Shown: positions 10,851 to 22,262, counted from the first letter of the stretch. The stretch is 64,000 bases of DNA from an uncultured bacterium (GCA_963825135.1 CAWGRW010000010.1:32001-96000); one strand, 5' to 3'. Notes: generated by a model not told the origin, from the letters alone. Translations and numbers: made by a program.

Positions 10851-11600
10851 TCAAGGCGTCGTGCGGCTGAGCCAGTCCTCGAAATGCGTCGGGCCGATGC
10901 GCGGGTTGTCGCCCGGGGTGAGGGATTGATCGTTCACCTTTAAGCCGTAGTAGCGCGCGTTGACGTCCGTGATCACCTGACGCGCGTCCTTGTTTGCGCT
11001 CAAGTACCGCCTGACGAGCTCGTCGAGACGGAGCTTTTCGGGACCGGCCACCTCGACCGTGCCGTTCTCAGGCTCCCCGAGTGCTATGTCGGCGAGCGCG
11101 GCGGCAACGTCGTCCGATACGACGGGCTGCATAAGGACAGACGGCAACCTGACCGTTTTCCCGTCGGTTGCCTCCTGGGCGATGCCGCCCGCGAATTCGA
11201 AGAACTGCGTTGCGCGGAGGATAGTATAAGGAATCTTGGAAGCCTTGATCAGGTTTTCCTGGGCCATTTTCGCGCGGAAATAACCGCTCTCCAGAAGGCG
11301 ATCCGTGCCGACGACAGACAACGCAACGTGATGTCCCACGCCTGTGGCCGCCTCTGCGGCAAGGAGGTTGCGGCTCGACGTCTCGAAGAACTCCAAGACT
11401 GCCTTATCCTCCCACGATGGAGAGTTCGTCACGTCGACGACGACCTTGGCGCCTGCAAGCGCTGGAGCCAGCCCCTCGCCTGTGACGGAGTTGACGCCCG
11501 AGGAGGGTGAGGCCGCCACGACCTCATGGCCGAGCTGACGGAGCCTGTTCACGAGCTTTGATCCGATGAGCCCTGTACCACCGATAACCACAATTTTCAT
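10851..11600 (-). CDS. NmrA-like SDR oxidoreductase
   Basis: GGTGLIG Rossmann motif, YFRAK, LRATQF. Confidence 0.9.
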   Translation of the reverse strand: MKIVVIGGTGLIGSKLVNRLRQLGHEVVAASPSSGVNSVTGEGLAPALAGAKVVVDVTNSPSWEDKAVLEFFETSSRNLLAAEAATGVGHHVALSVVGTDRLLESGYFRAKMAQENLIKASKIPYTILRATQFFEFAGGIAQEATDGKTVRLPSVLMQPVVSDDVAAALADIALGEPENGTVEVAGPEKLRLDELVRRYLSANKDARQVITDVNARYYGLKVNDQSLTPGDNPRIGPTHFEDWLSRTTP

Positions 11601-11887
11601 GATTCGTCTCCTTGAACTATAATCCCAAACTCAGGCTGTTTTAGAGCTACTCCGGACTGTCCCCGGAAACTCCGGCAGAGCGGCGTTGACCTGATCCGGT
11701 GCGCGGCGTCAGGCCGTGCGGAGCACTCGAATTATATTATACAGACCCCGGCCGGATAATCACAAATAGAGGCGTTACAGCGTATTCCGCGCTCTCACCA
11801 ATAGTCCGGTATCTTATCGGAAGCATGCTGAAATACGTTCTTATCCGGACCGCGCTCTTCCCGGAGAGCGGGGAATAAGGTGAAGCC

Positions 11888-12574
11888 ATGGCTTTGAAGC
11901 TCGACGACGTAGTCCCTTTCGGGAGGTCTTTTGACGAGTACAGGCGCATATTCGCGCTTACGGAAGAAGACCTCGGCAGGAAAATAATCGGCGCGGCCGA
12001 CGGGCCCGCGGGATTTAACGCCGAGATGAGAAGGCGCGGCAAGAGAGTCGTCTCGGTCGATCCCATTTATGAATTCAGCGGGGAGGAAATCGAGATGAGG
12101 TTTTACGAGGCGGTCGACGGCGTCATAGAACAGGTGAGGACGACCCCGGGCGACTGGACGTGGACGTACCACGAGTCCCCCGAAGGGCTCAGGGCCAACC
12201 GGGTGCGGGCTCTCGAAACGTTCCTCCCGGATTACGAGGCGGGCAAGAAAGAGGGAAGATACGTGACCGGGGAGCTCCCGCGTCTCGGTTTTAAGGACGG
12301 GGCATTCGACATAGCCCTCTGCTCTCATTTCCTGTTTCTCTACTCGGACAAGTTCGGCTATGAATTCCACAGGGATTCGATATTGGAGATGATGCGCGTG
12401 GCCGGGGAAGCGAGGATATTCCCCATGCTCGCCCTTTCGCTCGCGCGCTCCCCCTACATCGAGCCGCTCAGGGAAGAGCTCGAATCACGCGGCTTCACGG
12501 TCGGGATAACGAAGGTCGATTACGAGATCCAGCGCGGGGGGAACGAGATGATGCGGGTGGGGAGGGGTCGGTGA
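11888..12574 (+). CDS. SAM-dependent methyltransferase-like protein
   Basis: GRSFDEY..IF, DGPAGF, FDIALCSHFLFLY, YEIQRGGNEM. Confidence 0.8.
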   Translation: MALKLDDVVPFGRSFDEYRRIFALTEEDLGRKIIGAADGPAGFNAEMRRRGKRVVSVDPIYEFSGEEIEMRFYEAVDGVIEQVRTTPGDWTWTYHESPEGLRANRVRALETFLPDYEAGKKEGRYVTGELPRLGFKDGAFDIALCSHFLFLYSDKFGYEFHRDSILEMMRVAGEARIFPMLALSLARSPYIEPLREELESRGFTVGITKVDYEIQRGGNEMMRVGRGR

Positions 12575-12723
12575 CGGCGAGGCCGACGCGCTCGTTGCTG
12601 TCGATAAAGGGGAGTGGACCCGTTAGGCTCCCGGCAGTGAATCTTTACGGACAATTGACAAATTTCATGAATTATTATAGCATCTTATCGAATTAGCTCG
12701 TTTTTTATGCATTAGAATCTTTA

Positions 12724-13630
12724 ATGGAGGATGAAATGCAGAAAAAAATAGTATTTTTCCTGGTTAAAATAAACTTAGCTATTGTCCTGACGCTTTTCCT
12801 GGCGGTCGGTCCGGTGAACGGACAGGATTTTCCCGACGGGTTGATCGGTATATCGAGCACAGGACCCGCCATATTGTATTCTATAGACGAAGCCACGGGT
12901 CATGCTACTCCGATTGTGACCCTCAACGGCTACGCGAGCATAACGGGTCTGGCGTTCCTGCAGAGAACCCTTTACGGAACGGACCTCGGCGGTTTTCCCG
13001 GAGGTGTATCATCTGAAAACATCGGGTCGATATCAGCGGGCGGAACTATAGATTTTCTCGGGATTCAGAACGGATCGTTTAACTGGTTTGGTCTGGCGGC
13101 GGACGAGACCAGGGGCATTTTATACACGATCGATAATGACAAATCCAATCTACTCACGGCACAGTTCCCGAACGGTCTGGTAGAGACAATAGGCTCCGGA
13201 GCGGGCATCAATGGATGCGGTATGGAATACGACGATACGCACGGCATATTGTACGCTCTATCCTCAGACGCGTCATTGTACACGGTCTCGACCGAAACCG
13301 GCACCGCGAGCCTTATAGGCCCTACCGGAATCGAAAGCGCCAGCAGCTCTGTCGGTCTGGCTTACGATGAATGCAGCCAGATTTTGTACGCCAACTATGG
13401 GAACCTCAAGCAGTTGTATACACTGGACGTAACCACGGGCACAGCAACACTTGTCGGCCCGAACGGCGTCGACGAGGTAATCGACGGCCTTGCCTGGAAG
13501 GGCCCATGCGGGCCGGGCGCGATTACGAGCCAGATACCTACCACTCTCCGAATGGGGCTTAATTGCTATGGCGGGTATTTTGGGAATAGCCGGATTTATC
13601 GTTATACACAGAAAGAAAGCTATTGCCTGA
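12724..13630 (+). CDS. Secreted beta-repeat protein with IPTL-CTERM sorting domain (one-base frameshift at ~13542)
   Basis: Repeated LYTxDxxTGxATxxG; removing one base restores IPTLSEWGLIAMAGILGIAGFIVIHRKKAIA*. Confidence 0.85.
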
Positions 13631-13656
13631 CATAATCTGAATAACATGGATATATA

Positions 13657-13687
13657 AAAAGGGTGACTACGGTCGCCCTTTTTTGTT
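13657..13687 (+). terminator. Intrinsic terminator
   Basis: AAAAGGGTGAC-TACG-GTCGCCCTTTTTT hairpin with U tract. Confidence 0.75.
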
Positions 13688-13846
13688 TAATCGGCGCAAG
13701 GCGCGGCTCGAAGCCGCTCCTCCTGATATATTTTAAAGATTGGATCCCCGATCGGTGCCGGGAAGGACAGAAAGGATAAAAATGAGATTGCCGCGATCGC
13801 GAAATACGCTCCCTCGCAATGACAAAAAGGGGAGATCGACGTTAAC

Positions 13847-14116
13847 ATGCTCAGGATAGAAATCTGGTCGAATGACAATATGGAATGGTCGCTCGAAGGG
13901 GACGGGGACGAGCCCCAGTACCGGCAGGCGGCGATAAAGCTGCGCTCCCTCTTCCCGGACTCGGAGGAGGTCGAGCTCGTCCTCGGCGGGGATAACGTCA
14001 GGACGGTCCCGCTCATTGAAGCTATAGATGAGATAAAATCGCTCGGCGGAAAACAAAACCTGATGCTTTGCGATAAAAAATATGAGAAAATTATGATGTT
14101 CGTATACGGGAGCTGA
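13847..14116 (+). CDS. Hypothetical protein
   Basis: 89-aa ORF with GGAG RBS, operonic with the next gene. Confidence 0.55.
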   Translation: MLRIEIWSNDNMEWSLEGDGDEPQYRQAAIKLRSLFPDSEEVELVLGGDNVRTVPLIEAIDEIKSLGGKQNLMLCDKKYEKIMMFVYGS

Positions 14117-14126
14117 AAGAGGGCAT

Positions 14127-14720
14127 ATGAGGAATGTAAGAACTGCCGCTCTGTGCGGGGCATTGATCCTGATGATCGCGGGCGCTGCGCTCGCCGCCGG
14201 GGGAAAGGAGAGCGCGAAGGACCGGGACCCGGAAAAGACCTACAAGAGCAGGCACGGTTTCTCGATCGAGTACCCGGAGGATTGGGTGCTCGTGACGTAC
14301 ATGGAGGAATACAAGACGCTCAAGGAAGCGGAGAAGGACGCGGGGAATTATTTTTCCATTCAGAGTTACCAGGACGACGACCCCCGTATAAGGAGCTACC
14401 ACTACTTCCCCGCCGACACGCTCAAGATAGAGGCGTGGGTGTACCCCGATTACGGCGGCACGCTTGCCGAGATGATAACGCAGACGAAGGACATCACCCG
14501 TATAGACGACTTCACGATAGGCGGCAAGAAGGCCAAGAAGGTATGGCAGAAGGTAGGCGAAGGGGTGGACGAGGGGGACGAGATCTATTCGATTTACTTC
14601 GTGGACGCGGGCAAGAGGGCGATATTCACCTGCTATCCGGTCTATTCGAGCCTGACCAACAAGTTCGAGGAGATAGTCGGGAGCTTCAGGTTCGAGGGGA
14701 GCCCGGCGAAGAAGCAATAA
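14127..14720 (+). CDS. Secreted PsbP-like protein
   Basis: Signal peptide, GFSIEYPEDW, FEEIVGSFRF. Confidence 0.75.
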   Translation: MRNVRTAALCGALILMIAGAALAAGGKESAKDRDPEKTYKSRHGFSIEYPEDWVLVTYMEEYKTLKEAEKDAGNYFSIQSYQDDDPRIRSYHYFPADTLKIEAWVYPDYGGTLAEMITQTKDITRIDDFTIGGKKAKKVWQKVGEGVDEGDEIYSIYFVDAGKRAIFTCYPVYSSLTNKFEEIVGSFRFEGSPAKKQ

Positions 14721-14779
14721 ATCCGGCAGACTCCGCGCTTTCGGGCGGGTAACGGTCATGAACCGGGCGAGCGGAGCTT

Positions 14780-16644
14780 CTACTCGAACAATTCGGGGAG
14801 AGGGTTTCCGGTCGCGCCGTTGGGGTATGGTATTTTGAGGAGCGCCGAGACCGTAGGCGCTATGTCGGTGATGTTCACGGGACGCATGGATTCCCCCTTC
14901 TTGATGTTATGCCCGTAGAATATGAGCGGGACGTGCGTGTCGTAGTCGTAAGGCGCCCCGTGCGTCGTCCCTTTCTTGGCGTACGCAGCATTGAACTCAA
15001 TCCACGAGGGCTCCATTATCACGATGACATCGCCCGATCTCTTCCTGTTGTAGCCGTTCTCGACAAGCTGTCTCGCCCCGGTCGTGAAATCCGCCGCGTT
15101 GAGCTCGGACGCCGTTACCACGTCGGCGACACCGTCGAGCGTCATGAGAAACGAAGCTGCTTCCTTCTCCACGTTTTCGAGGGACAACCCTATGTCCCTT
15201 ATCAGGTCGCGGTCGAGGTACACCTGCTGATTATTGTATGCAAGGACGAACTCTGAGACCACCCGGTCCGAATACCTTACCGAGGTGCTTGTTGAGCCTG
15301 TTCTCGTGTTAATCGTCGTCGAGGAAATACCCGGAGGGCACTCCTATGTCCTGCAGATAGAGGGGGCCGTCCCCGACGCCGTGGTCGGCTGTGAGGAAGA
15401 CGAGGTAGTTGTCTTCTCCGATCTCCGCGTCGAGCGCGTTCAGGAGGTCGGCGATGTCGAGATCGACCCTGAGATACGCGTCTTCGACCTCGACGGACCT
15501 CGGGCCCGTAGTAATGCCCGATTATGTCGGTCGATGAAAAGCTGACGGCGAGGAAGTCCGTAACGTCGTCCTTCCCGAGCCCCTCCCCCCTGACCGCGGC
15601 AAGGGCGAAGTCCTTGGTCATCGAGTTCCCGAAGGGCGTAGCCTTTATGAGTTTCCCGTACTGCCCCTTCGTCTCCGCCTTGTTCCCGGCGAGGACGTCT
15701 TTCAGGACGTAGGGGAAGACGGGTTTTCCGTACTCCCCTGTCTCTTCGTCCCTGCCCCTGATAGATTTCTCATAGACGTTGTCGTCGGGCAGGCTCTCGC
15801 TGTAGGTAGATATGTCCCGGAGCGTATTCCACACGCCGTCTATGCCGGGCTTGTTCACGTATTTTTCGGCGGAATATTTCGCGTTGAAGTCCTCCACCCA
15901 GGCGGGGAGCGCGGGCTTCGCCCCTTCGGGCAATTTCACGCCGCGGTAATAATACGTGCTCGTGACCCACCGGCCGCTCTCGTCGTCGAGCCAGTACGCG
16001 GCGTTCCCCAGGTGCCCCGCCGGCATTATCGCGGCCCTGTCCTTGAGCGCAATGCCTATCACTTTGGATTTCATGTTCGTGGCCAGCCTCAATTCGTCCG
16101 TCACCGTCGTGGTGAGTAAATTGCGCGGCGAGAGCTGCCCGGCCTCCGCGGCCTCGCCCGCGATTCCCCCTACGAGACCGGCCGTCGTGTCGCGGGCGCA
16201 GTAGGTCTCGCCCCTCTCGGGGGCCCTGACGAACCAGTCGTTGCCGATTATGCCGTGGACGGAGGGAGCGGCGCCCGTGTATATGGACGCGTGACCGGGA
16301 CAGGTCGTAGTCGGCACGTAGCTGTATCTCGCGTCCCTGAAGCTAAACCCGTCGTCCGTGAGCCTGTTGAAGCCGTCATCGCCGTACCTGTCCCTGAACC
16401 TGTCCAGGAAATCGTACGCCATCTGGTCGACGACTATCCCCACGACGAGCCTCGGCGGCGCGTCCTCTTTGGTTTCCTCGCCGGGCGCGGGGCTCCGGGC
16501 CGGCCCCAATGTCGGATGCGGGACGTTCTGCCGGCTAGATACATGCGCCCTCTCCCGCTCCGGCTGCCTGCACGAGAGCAGTAACGAGAGCGCGAGAAAA
16601 ATTGCGATGGCGCATATAATCCGGGGTTTTATAGGGTGTTTCAT
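14780..16644 (-). CDS. PafA-type alkaline phosphatase family lipoprotein, frameshifted (~15503 and ~15270-15300)
   Basis: GIVVDQM, TCPGHASIYTG, SFSSTD..GH, LTADHG in shifted frame, HGAPYDYDTHVPL. Confidence 0.88.
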
Positions 16645-16822
16645 ATCCGCGTCCCAGTCGGTCGTATATTGATAAGTTTACTCTATCAATGTTAAATCAG
16701 CATGAAGCGAATGACGAGCGCATACATATTGTAGTTCGATCCCCGAAACCTCGCAAAAAGTCTTTCTCAAAAAACACATTAGGAGTTATAATACCGGTAA
16801 ACATCGAAATAAGGAGGAGTAA

Positions 16823-17389
16823 ATGAATAAGGCAAAACTAATATTCGTCTTCGCCCTCGTATTCGCGGCGGGGTGCGTGCCCCAGGGGCAGTACAACCAG
16901 GAAGTCCAGGAGAACACGCAGCTCACGTATTTAAACGCGACGTATCAGCAGCTTAACCAGGCGCTCGAAGCGGAGGTCGCCGCCAACCAGGTCCAGATAC
17001 AGCAGCTCCAGGGCGAGCTCCAGGTCACGATGGTGAACGACATCCTCTTCGCGGAAGGCGGATGGGAGCTCCACAGCCAGGGGCGTCAGGTGATAAACAA
17101 GATAATTCCCGCGCTCCAGCAGGTGCCGGGCAAGTACATTGTGATACAGGGATTCACGGACAACCTCCCGATACTGGAGCCTCTCGCCGGAAGGTTCCCG
17201 ACGAACTGGGACCTCGCAGCAGGGCGCGCCGTATCGGTGGTACGCTACCTCGCCGACCAGGGGATAGACCCGGACTATCTGGCGGCCGTATCGTTCGGGC
17301 AGTACCACCCGGTAGCCGACAACAGCACGTCCGCGGGACGCGCGCAGAACAGGCGCATCAACATAACGATACAGGACGAGATGCCGTAG
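16823..17389 (+). CDS. OmpA/MotB-family peptidoglycan-binding lipoprotein
   Basis: Lipobox AAGC; GFTDN..NWDLAAGRA..V; NRRINI. Confidence 0.9.
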   Translation: MNKAKLIFVFALVFAAGCVPQGQYNQEVQENTQLTYLNATYQQLNQALEAEVAANQVQIQQLQGELQVTMVNDILFAEGGWELHSQGRQVINKIIPALQQVPGKYIVIQGFTDNLPILEPLAGRFPTNWDLAAGRAVSVVRYLADQGIDPDYLAAVSFGQYHPVADNSTSAGRAQNRRINITIQDEMP

Positions 17390-17610
17390 GACAAAAGTCC
17401 GGATTGAAGAAATAGTTCATTTACTTTAATCTCCCTCCTTTGAAAAAGGAGGGCTGGGGAGGATTTAACAATTTTATTCATTAAATCCCCCTGAATCCCC
17501 CTTTTTCTAAGGGGGAAAATAAAACTACTACTCCGCTCGTTTTAATTTCAATATTTTCCCATCCCCCCCACTGGCAAAATTAAACTAATCGTTTATATTG
17601 TATTTCTTGA

Positions 17611-18048
17611 TTGGGAGGGGTTGCCCGGCTCACCCTGCCGGGACAATACACGCACATACTGATGCTGAACCGCACATTGCCGGGAAGGAAGCCGCTCGCG
17701 CTCGCTATTTCGTTCGGGGTAATCATTCTGGGGCTCTACGCCTTCCGCTTCGTGAGCGGTACGCACACCGAGTACTGCCCCCTTTCCCACAAGCTGAGCG
17801 ACACGGCCGACTGCATAGTGCTCCACGTCTCCGGGGGAAGGGTGCTCATACGCCACAGGGACAGCTTTACGAAAGACGCCTACTTCGAGATAATCGGGGG
17901 CGGCCGCTCGACCAAATTCGAGATCCCCGATTACAGCCTTGCCCCGGGCGCAGAGAAAAAGTTCCGCGTGAGGCTCATAGACGGGGAACCGGGCGCGGTC
18001 ACGATAAACGGCGAGAGATTCGACCTTACCCCCATTAAGAATCAGTAG
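17611..18048 (+). CDS. Membrane-anchored hypothetical protein (start uncertain)
   Basis: Single N-terminal TM; host-like codon bias. Confidence 0.5.
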   Translation: MGGVARLTLPGQYTHILMLNRTLPGRKPLALAISFGVIILGLYAFRFVSGTHTEYCPLSHKLSDTADCIVLHVSGGRVLIRHRDSFTKDAYFEIIGGGRSTKFEIPDYSLAPGAEKKFRVRLIDGEPGAVTINGERFDLTPIKNQ

Positions 18049-18063
18049 AAGCGGGCGGGGATT

Positions 18064-18594
18064 TCAAAAATACGGAATGGACTCGATGCACCGGGGCGGG
18101 GTGGAGCTGGCGCAGAAATTGCAAACGACGTCTTCCGACCTTACGCCCGGTATGTCGATCGTAAGCGAAAGCTTGTCTATCTGAAACGGGTCGATGTCCT
18201 TAAGCGTGCCCGCGAGGTCCCCCTTCACGAACCTGCCGAAGTTGTTCTGGAACGTCTCGTAGAGCGTGAGCGTCCCGCAGTCGGTGAACTCTGCTATCCA
18301 CTTGTCAGGGGTGTTCAGGAACGCGAATATCGTGCCCGGGTCCTGCGTGCCTTCTATCAGGCCCACGCTCCAGGCGATCGAGAACTGATCCCCCGTCTCC
18401 TGACCCGTGCACCTGTAGCACCCGAGCCCGTCCTGCTGGCCTATAGCGAGTATGTTTTCCGCAGCGCACGGCGGGGACTCGAGGTTCACCCCGAAGCAGC
18501 CGCCGATTTCCGAGTCGCAGGATATAAAGTATATCCCGCATATTATAATCAGGACGACCGCCGGGAATAACGCCGCGCTGCTACCGGACCTCAT
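18064..18594 (-). CDS. Cys-rich lipoprotein, hypothetical
   Basis: Start MRSGSS; lipobox FISC; the longer ORF-track extension is antisense to the SDR. Confidence 0.7.
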   Translation of the reverse strand: MRSGSSAALFPAVVLIIICGIYFISCDSEIGGCFGVNLESPPCAAENILAIGQQDGLGCYRCTGQETGDQFSIAWSVGLIEGTQDPGTIFAFLNTPDKWIAEFTDCGTLTLYETFQNNFGRFVKGDLAGTLKDIDPFQIDKLSLTIDIPGVRSEDVVCNFCASSTPPRCIESIPYF

Positions 18595-18699
18595 GCGATA
18601 ATTATAGCCAGAAATCAAACCACTTTTTCCAGTTTTCGGCGGGCAGCCCCGTTTATGGCGAAGTCCCGCTTTTCCTGTAGAATGTAATATCGCGGAAGA

Positions 18700-19470
18700 A
18701 TGATGAAAATGAGGTTTGAAGGCAAGAGCGTGATAGTCACGGGGGGCGGCACGGGGATAGGAAAGGAAACGGCGCTTCAGTTCGCGAAAGAAGGGGCGCT
18801 GGTCCTCATCACGGGCAGGAGGGAGGATAAGCTCGTAGAGGTGACGACCGAGGCCGCGGGGCTGGGACTCGAAATCGCGTGCAGGGCGTCCGACATATCG
18901 AGAGAGGCGGATTGCGCTTCTGCGGTCGAATACGCGCTCGAGAGGTTCGGGAAGGTGGACGTGCTGTTTAATAACGCCGGGGTGCTCTATCCGGGGACTA
19001 CGCACGAGACCCCAGTATCCGTGTGGGAGAAGACTTTCGACATAAACGTGAGGGGCGCCTGGCTCATGAGCAAGTTCGTGATACCGCACATGCTCGGGCG
19101 GGGCGGGGGGCGGATAGTGAACAACGCCTCGATCGTGGGGATGAAGGGGTTCCCGGCCCTGGCCGCCTACACGGCGTCCAAGGGCGCCCTGGTGCAGCTC
19201 ACGAGGAGCATGGCTCTTGAGTACGCGGACAAGGGGATTACGGTGAACGCCGTATGCCCCGGCACCACGATGACGCCCCTCGTCACGGAGGGTTATCTGA
19301 AGAGGGTCGGCGAGGAGGAGGGCATGAGGTTCATGAACTCGCTCCACCCCATGGGGCGGATAGCGAAAGCGAGCGAGGTGGCCCGCGCGGTGCTATTCCT
19401 CGCGGGAGAGGACGCGGGGTTTATAACGGGGCAGATGCTCGCGGTCGACGGCGGCTGGGGGGCTAAATAA
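18700..19470 (+). CDS. SDR family oxidoreductase
   Basis: TGGGTGIG, NNAG, YTASK. Confidence 0.95.
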   Translation: MMKMRFEGKSVIVTGGGTGIGKETALQFAKEGALVLITGRREDKLVEVTTEAAGLGLEIACRASDISREADCASAVEYALERFGKVDVLFNNAGVLYPGTTHETPVSVWEKTFDINVRGAWLMSKFVIPHMLGRGGGRIVNNASIVGMKGFPALAAYTASKGALVQLTRSMALEYADKGITVNAVCPGTTMTPLVTEGYLKRVGEEEGMRFMNSLHPMGRIAKASEVARAVLFLAGEDAGFITGQMLAVDGGWGAK

Positions 19471-19510
19471 ACGAGACTATGAGAGAAATAAAGATAGAAG
19501 GAGCGTAGAT

Positions 19511-19906
19511 ATGAAAATCGACGAGTTCGTTTACAAGCTTTGCACGGAGGGGAAGAACTTCGCGTCCCTGGCGACGCTGATGCCGGACGGCTCACCTCAG
19601 GTGAGCGTCACATGGGTGGATTCGGACGGGGAGTACATATTGATCAACACCGTCGAGGGGCGCGTGAAGACGGGGAATATGAGGAGGGACCCCCGGGTCG
19701 CGGTCTCCGTATCGGACGCGGGTAACCCCTACAGGCAGGCCATGATAACCGGGAGAGTGGCGGGAGACACTTACGACGGCGCCGATGAACATATAGACAG
19801 GATGGCCAAAAAGTATCTGAAGCTCGACACATACCCCCGCACGCGGAAGGACGAGAAGCGCGTCATATTCAGGATAAAGCCCGAGAAGGTGTTCAAGCTC
19901 ACGTAA
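19511..19906 (+). CDS. PPOX-class (F420/FMN-dependent) oxidoreductase
   Basis: LATLMPDGSPQVS..W, K..NMRRDPRVAV. Confidence 0.9.
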   Translation: MKIDEFVYKLCTEGKNFASLATLMPDGSPQVSVTWVDSDGEYILINTVEGRVKTGNMRRDPRVAVSVSDAGNPYRQAMITGRVAGDTYDGADEHIDRMAKKYLKLDTYPRTRKDEKRVIFRIKPEKVFKLT

Positions 19907-20038
19907 GCGGCCGCACGCGGTATAGCCCGCGCAGCGCCTTTGCCGGCATCTACTGCCTGTCCCGCCGGCCGCACTGCGGTCTATCCGATAATCGGAATAT
20001 TCCCGCATCTAATTCCCGCGCACAGCATCTAACCGGTC

Positions 20039-20836
20039 ATGGCAAAAAAAATAATCAGGGAGAATAACGTCATGAAGCTTGCGAATAAGACAGCGCTTAT
20101 CACCGGAGGCGGAACGGGTATAGGTAAGCATACCGCCCTGCTCTTCGCGCGCGAGGGGGCGAAAGTAGTCGTCACGGGGAGGAGGGAGGCGAAGCTAAAA
20201 GAGGTCGCGGAGGAGGCCGGGAGGGAAGGACTCGCCTTAGACTACGTCGTCTCGGACGTATCGAAGGAGAAGGACTGCAAGGGGGCGGTTGATTACACGA
20301 TCGGGAAATACGGAAGGATCGACATACTATTTAACAACGCGGGCGTTCTTTTCTCGGGACTCACTCACGAGACTGACGCCGTGACCTGGGAAAAGATCTT
20401 CGATACGAACGTCAAGGGGACGTTCTTCATGTCCAAATACGTCATACCGAACATGCTCGAACACGGGGGTGGCTCGATAGTGAACAATTCCTCCGTGGGA
20501 GGGCTGAACGGGTTTCCGGGCCTCGCCGCATACACGGCGTCCAAGGGCGCCGTGACCCTGCTGACGAAGACCATGGCGCTCGAGTACGCGGATAAGGGAA
20601 TAAAGGTGAACGCCATATGCCCGGGGACGATCGAAACTCCGATGGTCGTGGACGAATTCCTGGGGAAGGTGGACGACAGGGCGGCGGCCGAGAAATTCCT
20701 CCTGTCACTTCACCCCATAGGGAGGTTCGGCAAACCTGAGGAGGTAGCGCATACGGTGCTCTTCCTCTGCGACGACAACGTGGGTTTCATGACGGGGAAC
20801 ATGATCTCGATAGACGGCGGATGGAACGCGAGATAG
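20039..20836 (+). CDS. SDR family oxidoreductase, paralogue of 18700-19470
   Basis: TGGGTGIG, NNAG, YTASKG; near-colinear with the upstream SDR. Confidence 0.95.
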   Translation: MAKKIIRENNVMKLANKTALITGGGTGIGKHTALLFAREGAKVVVTGRREAKLKEVAEEAGREGLALDYVVSDVSKEKDCKGAVDYTIGKYGRIDILFNNAGVLFSGLTHETDAVTWEKIFDTNVKGTFFMSKYVIPNMLEHGGGSIVNNSSVGGLNGFPGLAAYTASKGAVTLLTKTMALEYADKGIKVNAICPGTIETPMVVDEFLGKVDDRAAAEKFLLSLHPIGRFGKPEEVAHTVLFLCDDNVGFMTGNMISIDGGWNAR

Positions 20837-20887
20837 CGTGAGGCCCGCGGATGGAAGGCGCGTCAGGCGTCTCGGGCAAAAGCTTCA

Positions 20888-22138
20888 TCAAGACGAGCGC
20901 CTCCCGAGAATCCTCTCTCCGGCCGAACGGGTGAGCTTCCCCGTGCGTCTCACGAGCTCGAACACGGAATACATGACCAGATGCCATGCGCTCCCCATGC
21001 CGAAGACGTGCTGGAGGAATCCGGGGAACCCGGAAACCCTGGCAAGCAGATTCTTCCCGCCGTTTTCGCCCGAATAGGAATTCCAGAGAAACCTGAGCTC
21101 TACGAGCCCGACCAGGACACCCGGGGGCCTCGTCCTCACGCCGTATTCGAAACGCGCGGCCTTCGTCACGGGGACCGAATCCAGTTTTCGGAGGACCGCA
21201 TCGGGCACGCGAGATTCCGGATACCGGTTCAGATACCTGAGCGCTTCCCCGACGGCAAGCGCCTTTCCGTGCCTCTCCGCCCCTGAGGCGACCCTCTCCC
21301 AGTCAAGCCCCTCCCCTTCCTTACGCACTATGGCGGCCGCGTCGGCCACCCACCTTATGGGCGGGACTCTATTCCACGCGACCCCGTGCGCGCATACCTG
21401 GAGGAGCTGATCGGCGGGGTCGAGCGCGAGCGCCTTTACCCCCTCTACGCTTATGCTCCGCGCCCCTTCCCAGAAAGAGTCGTCCGCGTCGGGCCGGTTG
21501 TAGCCGTGGAGGAGGTGCCAGTGGAGGTCTATGGTGAACTGCGCGGGGTTGGTGAAGTCCTGCCCGTGCCTGACTGTGAAATATTCATCGGTATAGTCCT
21601 GAACGCCCCTCTCCCCCGGCGTCCATCCGAGCCTCGAGAGGAGCTTCATATCCGTAAAGCCCTTGAGCGGGGTGACGGAAGAGCGCCATCCGAGCCCCGT
21701 GATTATATCTATCGCCTCGCGCACGCGCGAGGTCGGGACGAGCAGGTCGGCGTCCATCATCGGGCGCGTGCCCGGGTCGCTGTAATAGAGTAGCGCGAGC
21801 GCCGAGCCCTTGAGGAGTATCGCCGGCATGCCGCGGCCGTTTAACTCCTGGAGGAGTGCCGAGAGCCTGCCGTAGAGCGTCCTGTTGTTGGAGAGTGTCT
21901 TCGCGTAGACCCAGCCGAAAATGTTCATGAGCGGGTCGCCGATGCCCATGGATTTGAGATTGACGTAGAGGAGGGGGAAGAGCCTGTAGGAGCCGGGGTC
22001 GACCGCGCCCATGTCGGCCGACGACTTCCATTCAAGAAAGGCGTCCACGGCTTCATCCCCGGTCAGTATGCAGGCCTTTAGCAGCAGCTCCTGCGGGCGG
22101 GTGGGCCAGCATCCGCCGTCGTTTATCAGTCCGCTCAT
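20888..22138 (-). CDS. Uncharacterised nucleotidyltransferase family protein (PF14907-like, common in lasso/HprK-associated clusters)
   Basis: LLKGSALALLYY...RPMMDADLLV, IDLHW, RWVAD motifs. Confidence 0.9.
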   Translation of the reverse strand: MSGLINDGGCWPTRPQELLLKACILTGDEAVDAFLEWKSSADMGAVDPGSYRLFPLLYVNLKSMGIGDPLMNIFGWVYAKTLSNNRTLYGRLSALLQELNGRGMPAILLKGSALALLYYSDPGTRPMMDADLLVPTSRVREAIDIITGLGWRSSVTPLKGFTDMKLLSRLGWTPGERGVQDYTDEYFTVRHGQDFTNPAQFTIDLHWHLLHGYNRPDADDSFWEGARSISVEGVKALALDPADQLLQVCAHGVAWNRVPPIRWVADAAAIVRKEGEGLDWERVASGAERHGKALAVGEALRYLNRYPESRVPDAVLRKLDSVPVTKAARFEYGVRTRPPGVLVGLVELRFLWNSYSGENGGKNLLARVSGFPGFLQHVFGMGSAWHLVMYSVFELVRRTGKLTRSAGERILGRRSS

Positions 22139-22262
22139 ATTATCATTTCCCCGACCGGACTATTATCTATAATAGAAACGAATGTAACAAGCGAGGGATA
22201 AGGAGGAATTGTTCGTGCGGGATAGGGCTCAAATCGGATGCGCAGGCCTCTGTACAGGTTAC

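Noticed and set aside
14780..16644. True pseudogenisation of the phosphatase and other split genes
   Set aside because: Only isolated indels with intact motifs; sequencing error is more parsimonious
18595..19347. N-terminal 250 aa of the 427-aa ORF 18064-19347
   Set aside because: Antisense shadow of the SDR; the real gene starts at 18594
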